Under the pieces are notes generated by a model. It did not search any database. It had not been told where the DNA came from and was given only the letters and a program-made list of their open reading frames with translations. Positions 24,752 to 37,487 of a stretch of DNA of 64,000 nucleotides are shown here, piece after piece. The first letter of the stretch is position 1. Every line of letters begins with the position of its first letter. The translations under genes and the position numbers were made by a program. This DNA comes from Felis catus (lineage: Eukaryota): positions 221,280,001 through 221,344,000 of the forward strand of contig NC_058368.1 in NCBI RefSeq assembly GCF_018350175.1, written 5' to 3'.

Positions 24752-26439
24752 TCATTCAATTTTATTTAGTCTATTCCTACACTATATAGTCCCAAGAAAG
24801 AAAAAGAAAATGCATTCCTGGGTTGAAGCTTGAAATAGTAAGCAGACCCTAAGTAAAAATGAAAGCCTTTTTATCCTAATCAAGTTAGTGTTGCACTGAC
24901 TTGGTTCAACAGACAAAACAACTTTCCACACCAGAAATAAATGAAACAATACGTGATTTCAGAAAATTGATGGTAACCTCTATGCCCTCCCTAATGTTTC
25001 AGAGAGGGGTTGTGACTCTCTCTCCTCCGCTTCAGAAGCTTTCAGGCTTAAAGGAAGCCGGGAGGGTTTATTGCAGCAAAGTGACAGGAAGCAGGGCTAT
25101 GGGCAGCCAGGTGAGATTGTCCAGATCCTTACCCTCTTGGAGCTGTGGTGGTTTCTGCTGCCTATAATCTCGGTGCCAGACTAGACGACATTGTCCAAAC
25201 AGCCTCCTCCACAATCACAGCTTTCAGATTTTGTCCCTCACCACAAAGTTCTCTGGGCATGAGCTTCAGTTTTGGTTACTGGAAGAGGAAGCATCCTAAA
25301 GCAGAGCCAAAGCCCCACGGGCAGAAAGCTTAACCCAAGTACATGACCTCCCCCTCAGAAAGCTACAAGCAGTGCCAGTGCCAACAGTAATACTGATGGC
25401 ACCACTACTACTACAAATAATGCTACAGATGATAATACTCATAGTCATATGAATGTACAGGCTATAAATAAACAATAATAGCATTAAATATTTATCCAGT
25501 GCCAAATATGGCTCTCATATCCACCATGTGTTTTATCTTTTGGAAATGAGCCCCAGGTAGATCGTAAGCTCAATTCATAAATGCAGGAATTCCATCTGAA
25601 ACTGTTTTTCTGTATTAATCAAAGTGAGATAAGCAGCAACTGGAGATGGGAAACTCAAGTCCACTTCTCCTCGATTCAATTCTTTGTTGTTGTTGTTTCC
25701 TTCCCAGTTACCTAGAGGTGATCTGAAGTATACACACTCCACTCTGTAGTGAGTAACATTTCAAAGAATCATTAAGACATAAAACTCCCCAGCTTTAAGG
25801 GTTTTGACTTTCCACTGACCTTTTCCAGCAGGTTGTACTATACATGAATAGATTCCTGTAAAAAGAGCTCATAGTGGGCAATCGACCCTTGAACAACATT
25901 CAACTATCAAGCAACGTCAAGGGCTCCTGTAGTGAGTGCCATGTTTCATGTTCAACTTTCCTGTGATGCCCCAATTCCCAGGTTGAAATTTCCTGCACAA
26001 GATATTTTTAGTAAAGGTTTGAAGTATTATTTTTATATAGCTAAAATCTTCGAATCTATAACTGGGGATTGCATTCACATACTTTTGTGTGGAAAGTGAT
26101 ATATCTGTGACATTTCTAACAGTAATTTAGGTGGTGGTGTCTCTCAAAGTATGTGGAGCTAATAAGAGGAATAGTTTGTCTTCAGTTTGGACCACAACCA
26201 ACTAATTACTAATCTGGGGAGACAATAAACTTGTTGTTTTATAAATTCTTTAAGAAATTATGTAAATAAACTTAAAGATGAAAATGATACCATTTTCAAA
26301 AGTGGAATAAAAGGGATTTGGCAAACTAGGAACAGTTGATTCATGTTAATCTAAAGTAAATTTCTAGAGTGTCATATTTTTTTTTAAAGTACGTGTAAAA
26401 ACTTAAGGTAGAATGCAGTAACCACTGAAGCCAATTTTG

Positions 26440-27500
26440 GTGTCAGAAGAACATTATGGTAAAAAGTTACATTCTCCTTTTTGACAGAATTAGTAGACAA
26501 CACAATCTTGAAATTGCTGTGGTTATGTGTAGAGTGTATCTTGATTTCAGTACCTTTGACAAAGTTTCTTTAATAATTTCTTTTGAAATATGGAAAGATG
26601 TGAATTTACAATTAGGTGATTTTAATTGGTTGAGCAAGCATGCTCAAATGGAAGCAATTTATAAAATTAGGTCATCAATCAAGTATTAATAAAATATATG
26701 TATTAGATTCATGTTTATTAATGTTAAATAATACATTTAACATTTGCGTTAGCAACTTACATGATAACAACAGTATAGATTTAGGAATCTGTAGCTGACA
26801 TAGATCTGGTTAGGAATCTGGTGCCTTGGCTTTTAGAATTGTGATGTAAAGAATTTCTCTAGATTAGAACGATATATCCTATTTAATAAGGCATAAGAGA
26901 TATTTCAACATTAAAATTCAAAAGGACCAGGGAAAAGACTAGTTTAACAGCAGTTACTACTACATGCACTAGTATTCATTGACTGCAACTCATGAGCCAA
27001 CAGCATGATATGAATAAAAAATAGACGAAGATAAGAAAAAAGAAAGAAAAAAAATAATAAAGTCAGGGGTGCTTGGGTGGCTCAGTTGGTTGGGCATCTG
27101 ACTCTGGATTCTGGCTCAGGTCATGATCTCATGGTTCATGAGTTCGAGCCTTGCATAAGGCTTTGCACTGACAAAGGAATCTGGGATCCTCTCTCTCTCT
27201 CACTCCCCCACCCCTCTGTCCCTCCCCACTCATGCTGTCCGAGTTTCTCTCCCTCTGTCTCTCAAAATAAATAAATGAACTTAAAACAAACAAACAAAAA
27301 AGTCACTTGGGCTGCACTAATGAAAGACTGTCAGAATAGGAATGCTAGGGACCTTTTTACAATGTCCTGAACACATTAACATTAGAGTATGCTCTTAAGT
27401 TCAACGTTCTGTCTTATTTTGAAATTAGCACATTTCAACATCAAAATTAGTAAGGACAGTGGTATTTTTAAAATCTGTGCCAATTAGAGAAATGAGTCAT
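26440..27500 (+). mobile_element. CR1/L3 LINE fossil (RT region), interrupted by a CanSINE
   Basis: ORF 26456 reads 'LFDRI...AV...VYLDFSTFDKVS', matching the CR1 motif YLDFSKAFDKVSH. Collinear remnants follow: 'catgagccaacagcatgat' (MSQQC-like), 'cttgggctgcactaat' (LGCI-like) and 'cattagagtatgctcttaagttc' (HLEYCVQF-like). Confidence 0.85.
27066..27297 (+). mobile_element. CanSINE nested in CR1/L3
   Basis: Head ggggtgcttgggtggctcag; short TSD aaagtca. Confidence 0.94.
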
Positions 27501-27769
27501 CTTGGGAAAGATCATATTAAAGAGTTTTGATAACTTAAATAAATGACCCTCAGACTATGTAGTGAGGAAACAATAAAGAGAATTTTAAATTTGGGTGATA
27601 CAGGCACACACATTCACATGCATACCTATTCCAGAAGGAGGAGACAGCACATTGGCTTGTGAACTGATTGTCACTGGTAATATCTACAAAGGTCAATGAT
27701 GCTAATGATACACTTACATTTATATATATTATGACAGAGTCAAAATAACCTTGGCAAATGCATGTTGCT

Positions 27770-28006
27770 TTTATTTTTTATTTTTTGGCTTATTGAGATA
27801 TATTTACCTAATAAAATTATAATATATTTAAAGTGTACAATGTGATGATTTATATATGTGTACGTTGGAAAGGATTCTGATCACTGAGTTAATTAACATA
27901 TCCATCACCTCACATATTTGCCGTTTTTGGGGTTAAGAGTACTTAATTTTTACTCTCTTAGCCGATTTCAGTTATACAAGACAGAATTATCAATTATAGT
28001 CATCAT
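27770..28006 (-). mobile_element. L1MA9-like 3' end
   Basis: 'tattgagatatatttacc...aaagtgtacaatgtgatgattt...aattaacatatccatcacctcacata...tactctcttagc...attatagtcatcat'. Confidence 0.85.
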
Positions 28007-28225
28007 TTTAATTTTTTTTCAATGTTTTTTATTTATTTTTGGGACAGAGAGAGACAGAGCATGAACAGGGGAGGGGCAGAGAGAGAGGGAGACACAGAAT
28101 CGGAAACAGGCTCCAGGCTCCGAGCCATCAGCCCAGAGCCTGACGCGGGGCTCGAACTCACGGACCGCGAGATCATGACCTGGCTGAAGTCGGACGCTTA
28201 ACCGACTGCGCCACCCAGGCGCCCC
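28007..28225 (-). mobile_element. CanSINE, young SINEC_Fc type, without TSD
   Basis: Nearly identical to the copy at 2351-2574 and CpG-rich; flanks 'tagtcatcat' and 'taaatatttt' do not match. Confidence 0.97.
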
Positions 28226-29420
28226 TAAATATTTTATTTTTGTTGAAATTCTTACTTTACACATGCAATTTTTTCCTGACCTAGGTGAGCATCTTTCTAA
28301 GTGTTGCTCAAAACTCTATATTGGGTAAACTGCATATCTCCATTTCATTAAGATTGGTTTCTGAAGATTTATTTTATTCTTTTGTTTGGAACAGATTGTT
28401 TTATTTCATTTTCCTTAACTCTTTGTGTTGGCTTCTGTGCATTAGATAAAACAGCCACCTGCCTTAGTCTTTAGACACTAGTTTTGTATAAAAGATGAAC
28501 ATCGGTAACCATCCCAATCCAGGCTCCTGGTTGCCTCTCAAACCTTTGTGATCATCCAAGTCACTGTCTCATCATCTTTGTACTTAATGGCTCCAAGTAG
28601 TAGAGTATCAGTTAAGATCCATCAGTGTCCCAAATGGCAGGCTCACAGTAGAGACAACAGGCCTGTTAGAAGCCAGATTCCCAGTAAGCAACTGGTAATG
28701 GATACAGTCAAACCTATGCAGGGAAGACTGAGACAGCGTTTTGCTGAGCCCTGCTGTGATAGCACCCATGAATGCTTGCATGCCCGTTAACTACTTTTTT
28801 GTGTACCTCATACTGTGGGACCCATGAGTGAAAGCCACATTGCCTTTTGGAGGTAAGTGATCTGGGGGGCCCATCCCTCACATGGTAGCTTTAAAATTTG
28901 GGGTAGTTGGGGTGCCTGGGTGCCTCAATCAGTTAAATGTCCAATTCTTGATTTTAGCTGAGGTCATGATCTCATGGTTTGTGAGTTTGAGCCCCGAGTC
29001 AGGCTCAATGCGGACAGTGCTGAGTCTGCTTGGGATTCTCTCTTTCCCCCCTCTCTCTCTGCCCCTCCCCTGTTCTATCTCTCTCAGAATAAATAAATTA
29101 AAAAGAAAACTTAAAAAAAGTTGGCATGGTAGATGTGTGCTTCATAGTCTTCAGTTTTAGGGAGAAGTTTGGAGTTGAGGGTTCTCCCATGCATCTACAG
29201 AGTTGTGTTAGGTTGAGTTTATGGGTAGAGTATGTCTCAGCCTTTTCTTCTTGTGTTGATGTGAGTATTTTTTCAGTCACTCAATGTATAGGAGTCCCTC
29301 AACTAGTTTCTGGATTTCTCTCAAAGGAAACTTCTCCATGTGCATCTATATATTAGGTGTGTCCATGGCAAGAGAGAAAGAAATTCAAGAGCCTCTACAT
29401 CACCATCTTAGTCCAGAGTA
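28226..29420 (-). mobile_element. Old L1 (L1M2/L1MA-type) 5'UTR and start of ORF1
   Basis: 'ttgttgaaattcttactttacacatgc...ggtgagcatcttt...catttcattaagattggtttctgaagattta...cattagataaaacagccacct', terminating in 'caccatcttag' (antisense of the L1 5' aagatgg motif). Confidence 0.7.
28909..29115 (+). mobile_element. CanSINE nested in L1 5' region
   Basis: Head ggggtgcctgggtgcctcaatcagttaa, CT tract and A tail; TSD degenerate. Confidence 0.94.
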
Positions 29421-32400
29421 GAATTTCATGCTCTTTAAAAATGAAGCTTTAGAGTGCAAAAAGTTAAGCTATTTTCTCATGTTCACATATCTAGTAAGCA
29501 ACTGTTCCATAACTATCTCATCTGTAACTCTTCTTTACTAGTATAGGGCTCTCATGGCAACATGACTGTTGGCTATGGGTGATTCTTGCTATAGATGAAA
29601 TCTGAGTCTCATGTTACCTTAAAACCCTATAATGAATTGAAACATTTTAAATTGTATTGTAGAATAAGTGACCAAATTAATGTCATTATTGATTTTTGGA
29701 TTAATAACTACATGAATATTGTCATTGTCTTATTACTGATCCACATTCTTAGTCTCGATATATGGCATTTTCATCAGTGGGGTAAAAACAAAAGCAATAT
29801 TCAGTGTTTAAATTTTTTTTCTAAAGTGGCTAAAATATGGATGTGGTGTAGGGATTTAAAATGATACATATATATAATACAACAAGAAAACCAGTACTGT
29901 TTCCTTGGGGTTCATAAAAATTATTGAAAATATATATGGTAACTACACATTTGTAAAGAAGCTATCTTTGATGTCAAGGACCTGAAGCCCAATTTTTGCT
30001 TATGATAAGGCAATTAGTTTTGGATGGCTTCCTCTAGACATTTTTCCCCACTCATATTAGAACTTTATATCCTCAAACCAGAAGACCATAATTTATTTTA
30101 AAGCCCTTCAAGTTGTTTTTCAAGTGATTTCCTATAGTTAGCCTATCCCAAAGTACCACTGCTTTGCATATGTACAGAGTATGAACAGTTTCAGCTTGTG
30201 ATCCTCTTGAATGAAATAATGACACAGTGCATTAAGGAGAAAATTAACCTACAACTTATGCCATGGTAAATTGAGCAATTAACACTAGATTTTTGTGTTA
30301 AGAGAGACTTTGCTATTGCTGGATATTCCTGAAAAAAATGGAAGCCACTGTCCAGTATGTCCAAGATGTGTTTTAAAAAGACTGGATATTTAATATGTGT
30401 GGTTTGGCTTTTGACTGACCCATAACAATTCTTACCAAGAAAGAGGTATGCAGCTTGTTTTGTCCCTTTCATCATGCTTTAATCTGTGTTTTGGATGTGT
30501 GCATTTGTGTGACATTTTCTCTTTAAACTACTTTTTTAGATTTATTTTTGTCTGATTTAAAATTCCTAAAAGATGGATGATGAATGGAGGACTGAGAGTA
30601 CATAGAAAACTTACCATTTTGGTCTATATCCTACCTTGAAAATACCAGGTGATGTAGAAATTTGATAAAAATCAGAAATAGCAGGGCTATTTCCTGAAGT
30701 CTCAACAACAAACAATACTAAACATTACTGAATGCTGTGGGATTTGTTCGGGCCTATGTTCCTACAAGACTGAAGAGAGATAATGTATTACTGAAATCCC
30801 TGATACACACTATAGGATTTCTATGAGTTATATAGCTGGTCTGACCATCTTATGACACAATAGTGAGTAGAACAATCCTCTTCTTCCCTTCCCCAACCCC
30901 TGTTCCCAAGCTCACCAGTGATTTCTGTGTCTCTGTAGAGTGAAAAGATTTGGGGAGGAAAGCACTAAGATTACGTGAAGAATTCTGGGTTTGGTTCTTG
31001 GTTCTATACAGAGGTGTGATTGCCTAGGGAGTGAAAATATCTTATCAAAAAGTTTTTGATGTAATTAAAGGTAAAAGCTGCACAACTTAAACAACTTTTA
31101 TCTGAAACAGCCCCCTTGGTATTGCTCAGGATATTTATCACCTTTACTCAGTAAATATACCATTGCTGCTATTCGCCTGAAGTAGTCACAGGGAGATGAG
31201 TAAGTGGGAACTACTATAATAGCAAATGAACCTGCTTTCAGAAAAGCTTGTCTTTATAGCTTTTAATTGTGGATCCACAATGAGACCATGTTTTTTTTTT
31301 TTTTTGTTCTCTTTGTATCAGGTATTAATATGTCCAACAAGGTCCTCTTTACCAGAAGCCCAAAGGGTATTCCTTGTAGATTGGTTTTGCTAGCTCTAAG
31401 GCATGTTCATTTATCTCAGTAGCTATTCAAATAAAACATAGCCTATATTATAAGTCTGACCATTGTTTATATTGAAAGATTATCTATCTGCTCGCTTTTA
31501 TGGACAGAGAGAGACACCATGATTTCTAATGATTGAGAAATTCAGCAGTTCTTAAAATGGAACAATTTACTTTAGCTGAAACTCAAAAAGTATACATGTT
31601 GTAGAAAGAATCATTCACACTGATTAATAGAATGTTTTCTTCAGATCTTTAAATGACAGGCTGCTTAAAAATCTGGACACAAAAGTTAACCTCAAATAAA
31701 ATCTCTCATTTATATCATAATTATAAGGAAATCAAGGAATTGACCATTGAGACCCAACTGATTCTGAATAATGGTTTTCTTGGAAAATTTCAGGTATTTT
31801 TCTTTAGTATCCCAGGTCATTCTGAAGAGTAAATAAAACACGGACACCAACCCTTCCGTAAACGGAGATGGAAAAGCTCTCAGTGACATTAACTATTAGC
31901 ATCTGTAATAGTTTAAAAACTTTACAAAATTTTGCAAGACTAACATACAAAATAGAATTATTGTCTACAGAATAACTGACTTAGCTTTCAAAAAAGTCCT
32001 GGTAAGAATTCAATAAATATTTGGGAATGAAAGAAAAATTAAGTAAATGAGTACTTTCAAATAAATGAAGATCCTGTGAAGAACATTTTCTATTTGAACT
32101 TAGTAGAGTTTGAAAAACACTATTTTAAGAATATGTTATATTAAAAAAAAGAATATGTCATTATAAAGATACCACCCCATAAGGTTAAAGAAACTAGGTC
32201 TGATAGGGAAAGCTGAGGGAAAAAGCATTTTTCTTAAGTTTGCTAATGCTTAACATACATACACATTTCAAGTAGTCCCAGGAAATTAGTTTAAAAGGCA
32301 CTCTATAGATATAAAAATTCTCTAAATTCATTTCAATGTATTTCCTTCTACTGAGTGTTTAACATAGATGGACAGATGATGTCTTTCAAATAAATATATA

Positions 32401-32914
32401 TCCATACACGTACGTCTATATATACATGTACACATATATGTTGAGAATATAAGTGATGAATAACTATAAATTTAAGTTTTAAGGAATCCCAGAATATGGT
32501 TTAGAAAAGTACTTTATACGTATATGTTTAATGTCTCTCTCTCATTCTTCTGATCTTTATATTAAAGGAAAAATAAGTGCTCAATAATGTCCTGATACTG
32601 GCCAACTGTTTTCTTTCCTCTGTGTTTTGAGGACCTGATGGAGGCTTATGATTTTAATTTACGAAAATCATTGAATTATATTTTACTTTTCAAAATGAAG
32701 TAAAACCAGAATCCGTTTTTTTTAATAGGTTTATTTACCTCATTTTTACTTTGCATGTTCTCTGGATCCAATTTCTTCCAGGCTTATGTTCCTTAACGAT
32801 TTCTTTCTCACAAATCATTAGTTTCCTCTGCTCCTTCTCCTCACTCTCCAAATTAGCTCAATCATTTCTCCTTAAAGAAAAACAAAACAAAAACAACCCC
32901 AAAGCAAACATTTA

Positions 32915-33135
32915 TAAGTATAACTAACACTCACCCTGTGTGTCGGGCATTTACCCTGAGTTAACTCACTTAACTTTCACAGTAATTCTATGAGATACCT
33001 GTCATATTACCTTCTTTGACTGATAAGGTCATTGAAATACAGAGAATTTCAGTAATGCTCACAACACTAAAATTGTCAGAGCTAGGATTTGAATCCAGGT
33101 GCAGGTGCATTTTCTGTTTGTTGAGTCATTTAACT
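32915..33135 (-). mobile_element. MIR
   Basis: 'ttaactcacttaactttcacagtaattctatgag...gagctaggatttgaatccaggt'. Confidence 0.8.
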
Positions 33136-33188
33136 CTGTTTTACCCAAAGCAGGAAAAAAAAAATGCATACAAGGTTCCTTTCCAGTC

Positions 33189-33716
33189 TGTGCTATTTTT
33201 ATGCTGTGCTGTGAAAATTTATCACAAACTTAGTGGCTTAAAACAAGAATCATTTATTATGTCACAGTTTCCATGGGTCAGGAATCCAGACATGGCTTGG
33301 TTGAGCAATCACAAGGCTGCAATGAAAGTGTCATGGAACATTGTTTCTTTCTAAACTCTGTCTTCTTACAAGGTCATTGGAGAGGGAAATTCCTTTAGTC
33401 CTCTTTGAGGCCACTGCTTTTTTGCTGGATGTCAGCTGAGGGCTGACCTCTGGTCCTAGAGGCCACATTCCTCTATTACTTCCCCTATATGTGGTTTTCC
33501 ATGGGCCCCCTCCCAACATAACAGTTTACTTTGTACAAGCCAGAAGGGGATTTCCCTCTCCAGTCAGCTCACATGGAGTCCTGTGCCGTAAGGTAATTAC
33601 AGAGTGACATCATCTGCCGTATTCTATTGGCTAGGAAAAAACACAGGAACATAGGGGAAGGGAATTGTATGAAAGTGCAATTCATTGCGGAATGTCTTGG
33701 AAATTTGCCCGACACC
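33189..33716 (-). mobile_element. MaLR solo LTR (MLT1D/E/F-like)
   Basis: 'atcacaaacttagtggcttaaaacaag...cacagtttccatgggtcaggaatcc', typical antisense MLT1; ~525 bp. Confidence 0.85.
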
Positions 33717-33739
33717 CTCACCTCTCTACCCCCCAATCT

Positions 33740-34610
33740 TTGGGCCTTTCTGTTCCCTTGTTACTTCAGCGTCTAAAGGAAGAGGCTCTGTTTGCAGTCT
33801 TGGATGTTTTCAACCTCTCTGCAAGTTTCATCCTATTTAAATCTGACCCCGACTCTAGTTTGGTAGCATGTTCTGTTTTGTTTTTAACCTACATTCTTTT
33901 TAACCTTCCTCCAGCATTAATTTTGTGATATTATTTGACCACCCTTGAGAAGTGATTATCAAGGCCAATTTTATTCCAAATTAAGTGTTAATTCGTTGAA
34001 TCTGGAATATATTAACAACTCAGTTTTATTTGAAAATATCTCTTTCTTTAAATTCTCACTTCTCTTATGCTATGTTACCTGCCCTTCTACCTTTTCTTCT
34101 CAGTTTTCCTTACTGGCATCTTGGTGTGGATTCAAGTTACCTTCCGAGTCTCTGTGGCTTCTTACTCTTTCTACTTCCTTGGAACATTCCATATGCAAGA
34201 ATTCCTACAATCCAATCCTTAAATCCACATTTCTTTAAAAGCCCACAACAGGGGCACCTTGGTGGCTCAGTCTGTTAGTGTTGGACTCTTAATTTGGGCT
34301 CAGGTCATCACCTCACGATTCGTGGGGTCCAGCCCCGCGTCGAGCTCTGCACTGTGTCAGCAAGGATCCTGCTCAGGATTCTCTCTCTCCCTCTTTCTCT
34401 GCCCCTACCCCATGTGCTTGCTGTCTTTCTCTCTCTCAAAAAACAAACAAACAAACAAACAAACTTAAAAAAAGAGAGAAGAAAAGCAAAGCCCACAACA
34501 AATCTGACCCAAATCCAGTTCAACACTTTCTCTGTTGGTCTCCCTGGGACCTTCTCCTCTCCCTTAACATTCTTTGACTGGCTTCTATTGCCAGATGTAG
34601 ATATTCAAAG
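33740..34610 (+). mobile_element. Decayed L2 fragments, interrupted by a CanSINE
   Basis: CT-rich sequence with 'tcaaggccaattttattc...ctggaatatattaaca' and 'ctttctacttccttgg', typical of old L2 ORF2. Confidence 0.45.
34251..34487 (+). mobile_element. CanSINE with (AAAC)n tail
   Basis: Perfect TSD aaagcccacaaca (34238-34250 / 34488-34500). Confidence 0.96.
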
Positions 34611-35974
34611 CCTCCCTTTGTTTTTGTTTTTGTTTTATTTTATTTTATTTTATTTTTTTTTATATCTATACGGACACCAAATCCAATAGTTCTACCACAC
34701 AAATGGCTGTTCAGTCTTTTTTTCATATCATTCAGTCACTTCTCTCACTTTTACATATTTACCTTGTATACATAAACACTACCTTAAACAGTGTTAAGGA
34801 TTTTTTTCCACGTGTAAATATTCAGTTTTATCTTTATAACATGAACACAAACAAAAGTCTCCCCCAGTAATCAACGGCTGGATGTATGGCTCTGTAGGAT
34901 GACATATTGGCATGGTACATCTGTGCGTTACCTTTTAATAAATGTGTGTAGAACAAATTTATGTACAGACCTGATATGTCTTGTAGAAACAAGATTTAAC
35001 AATATTGTTTATTAAAACCATTTGACAATGATTAGTAACACCAACAGTAGTAAAGCTGAAGAGTCTAATCACGTATTTAAAGAAAAATGGTTTAGTAAGG
35101 TAGAATCATTGACTTAAGTCTCAAACAGGAGTCTAGGAGTATAGAATGTGTGGGCCTCAGTGTTTTGGGATTTGATAATCTGTGGAAAGCAATGCCTGTT
35201 AAGCCTTTTTCTTTTTTGTGTGTAAACCCAACCTCCCACTCCCATTTCCAGATGCCACAAATTAAGCCATGGTGACTATATTATTAGATTAGACACTCAT
35301 GCTTTTTCATTACAGTACGTAAATCTGTCTTCACATGTACATACCGCCAGCTAGCATATTAAACCATTATAATCTATTTACATTTATTACAGAAACGTAT
35401 TTTTGGAACCTATTTATCAGATTAGAACTAGCAAAACCTCTCAAGGGCAGGTCCCAGGACAAGATAATTTTGCTTAAGTAAAGGCTGCTAAAATTTTGAA
35501 ATCTGATGTGTAGCCCGGAGAGAAGAGAGTGACCCAAAGAATTTTAGCAGGAGATGACTCAGCAGAATAGTAAGACAGAGAAGAGTTATAGGCTTTTAAA
35601 ACTTGAGTGGTCATGGAGTAACAAGAGGTTAAAGGAAAAAATCTCTCTCTATTCCTTTATTTTTGACTAGGATCAGCCTTCTATGACCTTCCAGAGGAGT
35701 AACTTATTTTACACGGATAAAATCTTGAGAATATACAGAAAGTGTCAGTCTATTTTATGTAAATTACCTCTGAAATGCATTTGCAATTTTTCATAGAAAA
35801 CACACTTTACACACATATAGACACATATATATTTTATCTCTCAGTCAGTGGTCCTCTGGGTAAACCTCCATTTTAATACAAAATAATAAAATACTGACAA
35901 TTCATGAAGAACATTACCATTTTAATGGTTGCCACTTTTTTTTCTTTTTTTCTTATTTTTATCATAGAAAAATG

Positions 35975-35976
<2 letters not shown>

Positions 35977-36024
<48 letters not shown>
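35977..36024. repeat. (TG)n microsatellite
   Basis: Seen directly. Confidence 0.97.
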
Positions 36025-36028
<4 letters not shown>

Positions 36029-37445
36029 GTGAAAAAATGCAATTCTTCCTTGGTAGGTTGGTAGGTTTGGAGACATTACATGTTGACCTTCCGTTTCACA
36101 GGAGTCCCTGAGAGTGGGACAAAGCTATTTGACCTCCTGTGACACCAATTAGACATTTCTATTGTATAAATGTCTCATGTCAACCAGAAAAAATATTTTT
36201 CTCTATTCTTTTGTGCCCTTTAAAAGAATGATGTCCTTCCTAAAAACAAGGAGAAATAAGCACTGTGAAATGAAATGGTCACTTAATAAAAAAAGATTTT
36301 GTTTTTCCCTCCTCAGTGTATTTTTTTTTCTCCTTACTAATCAAAAAGAACAAGATTCCAAGATTCCTTAGACAATATTATTTGCTTCAACTCTTTTTCT
36401 GCTTTCCATATCTGGAAATTATTTTTACAATGAGACTTTGAGATGATGTATACATGGCTGAATAAGTAAAATGCAACCTATGTTACGGTGTCTTCAATAT
36501 TTTGAAGAATATTTTGAAGAATGAAATCTTGCCCTTTCATATGATCAGTATCCATGGCAGAGGTAGAAAAATGACTTAATATGCAGTATATTTTCATTGT
36601 CAAATAGAGACACAGAATTTGTCGGCTTTACACATGCAGTTTTTCAGAACTGAGAAGGAAACATTTCTCTCTTCTGTCTTTTACTTGCTATACAGTTCAG
36701 TCTGCCCAGGACGGTTAGGGGCATATATTTGATACAATGTGTTGTTAGATGCCCAGTATGTTAACACAGTTATTGTTTGTAGTTAAATGTGAGTTGTAAA
36801 GCCAAATGGGAAATTAAAATCCTGCAGGAATTTGTTTTATTTTGCTTTGTTTCCAAATACTGACATTAAGAGGGAAAAGGGAAAAATTTCCTAAATGCAT
36901 ATAATATTTTGAAAAATGTAATATTTCACATTAATACATGTGATAATAACCACCTGCAGTTGGATTTACTACTGTCCATTCCCTTCTGGGATCATCTTCA
37001 GTATAAATTTCTCATTCATTAATCCAATTTATTTATCCTGATGAGTTCTATTGCTTGTGATTACCTCTCTTTTGGGGTTATAGACACAAGTGCGATGCTG
37101 CACTCAGACTGGAGAGTAGGTCTACCTTACTAGAGTACTGATCAATAATACTGTAAATTTAGATCTTTCAGTGTTTTTGTGTGTAGTTAATGTGATATGA
37201 TAGAAATATAAATTTAGATTGCTTTCTGGATGCAACACATACATCTTCTCATATGTAAAATCCTCATGATAAAACTCTCATTATTTGTATTTACAAATAC
37301 TATCTGAGTAGACTTTTCTCTCCTTTTAAAACCAGACCTTTCAATACACTTGCCAGCTTTTTATTTTGTTGTGTAGGATTATGACTTTTATTTACTATGT
37401 AACGTAAAATGAATACACGTTTGAACTCAATCAAAAGAAACTTAT

Positions 37446-37446
37446 T

Positions 37447-37485
<39 letters not shown>

Positions 37486-37487
37486 TT
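37446..37487. repeat. (TTTA)n microsatellite
   Basis: Seen directly. Confidence 0.95.

Noticed and set aside
36496..36519. 12-bp tandem duplication aatattttgaag (similar small duplications at 10587-10612 and ~50870)
   Set aside because: Ordinary slippage duplications; two copies only, no spacer array, not CRISPR-like.
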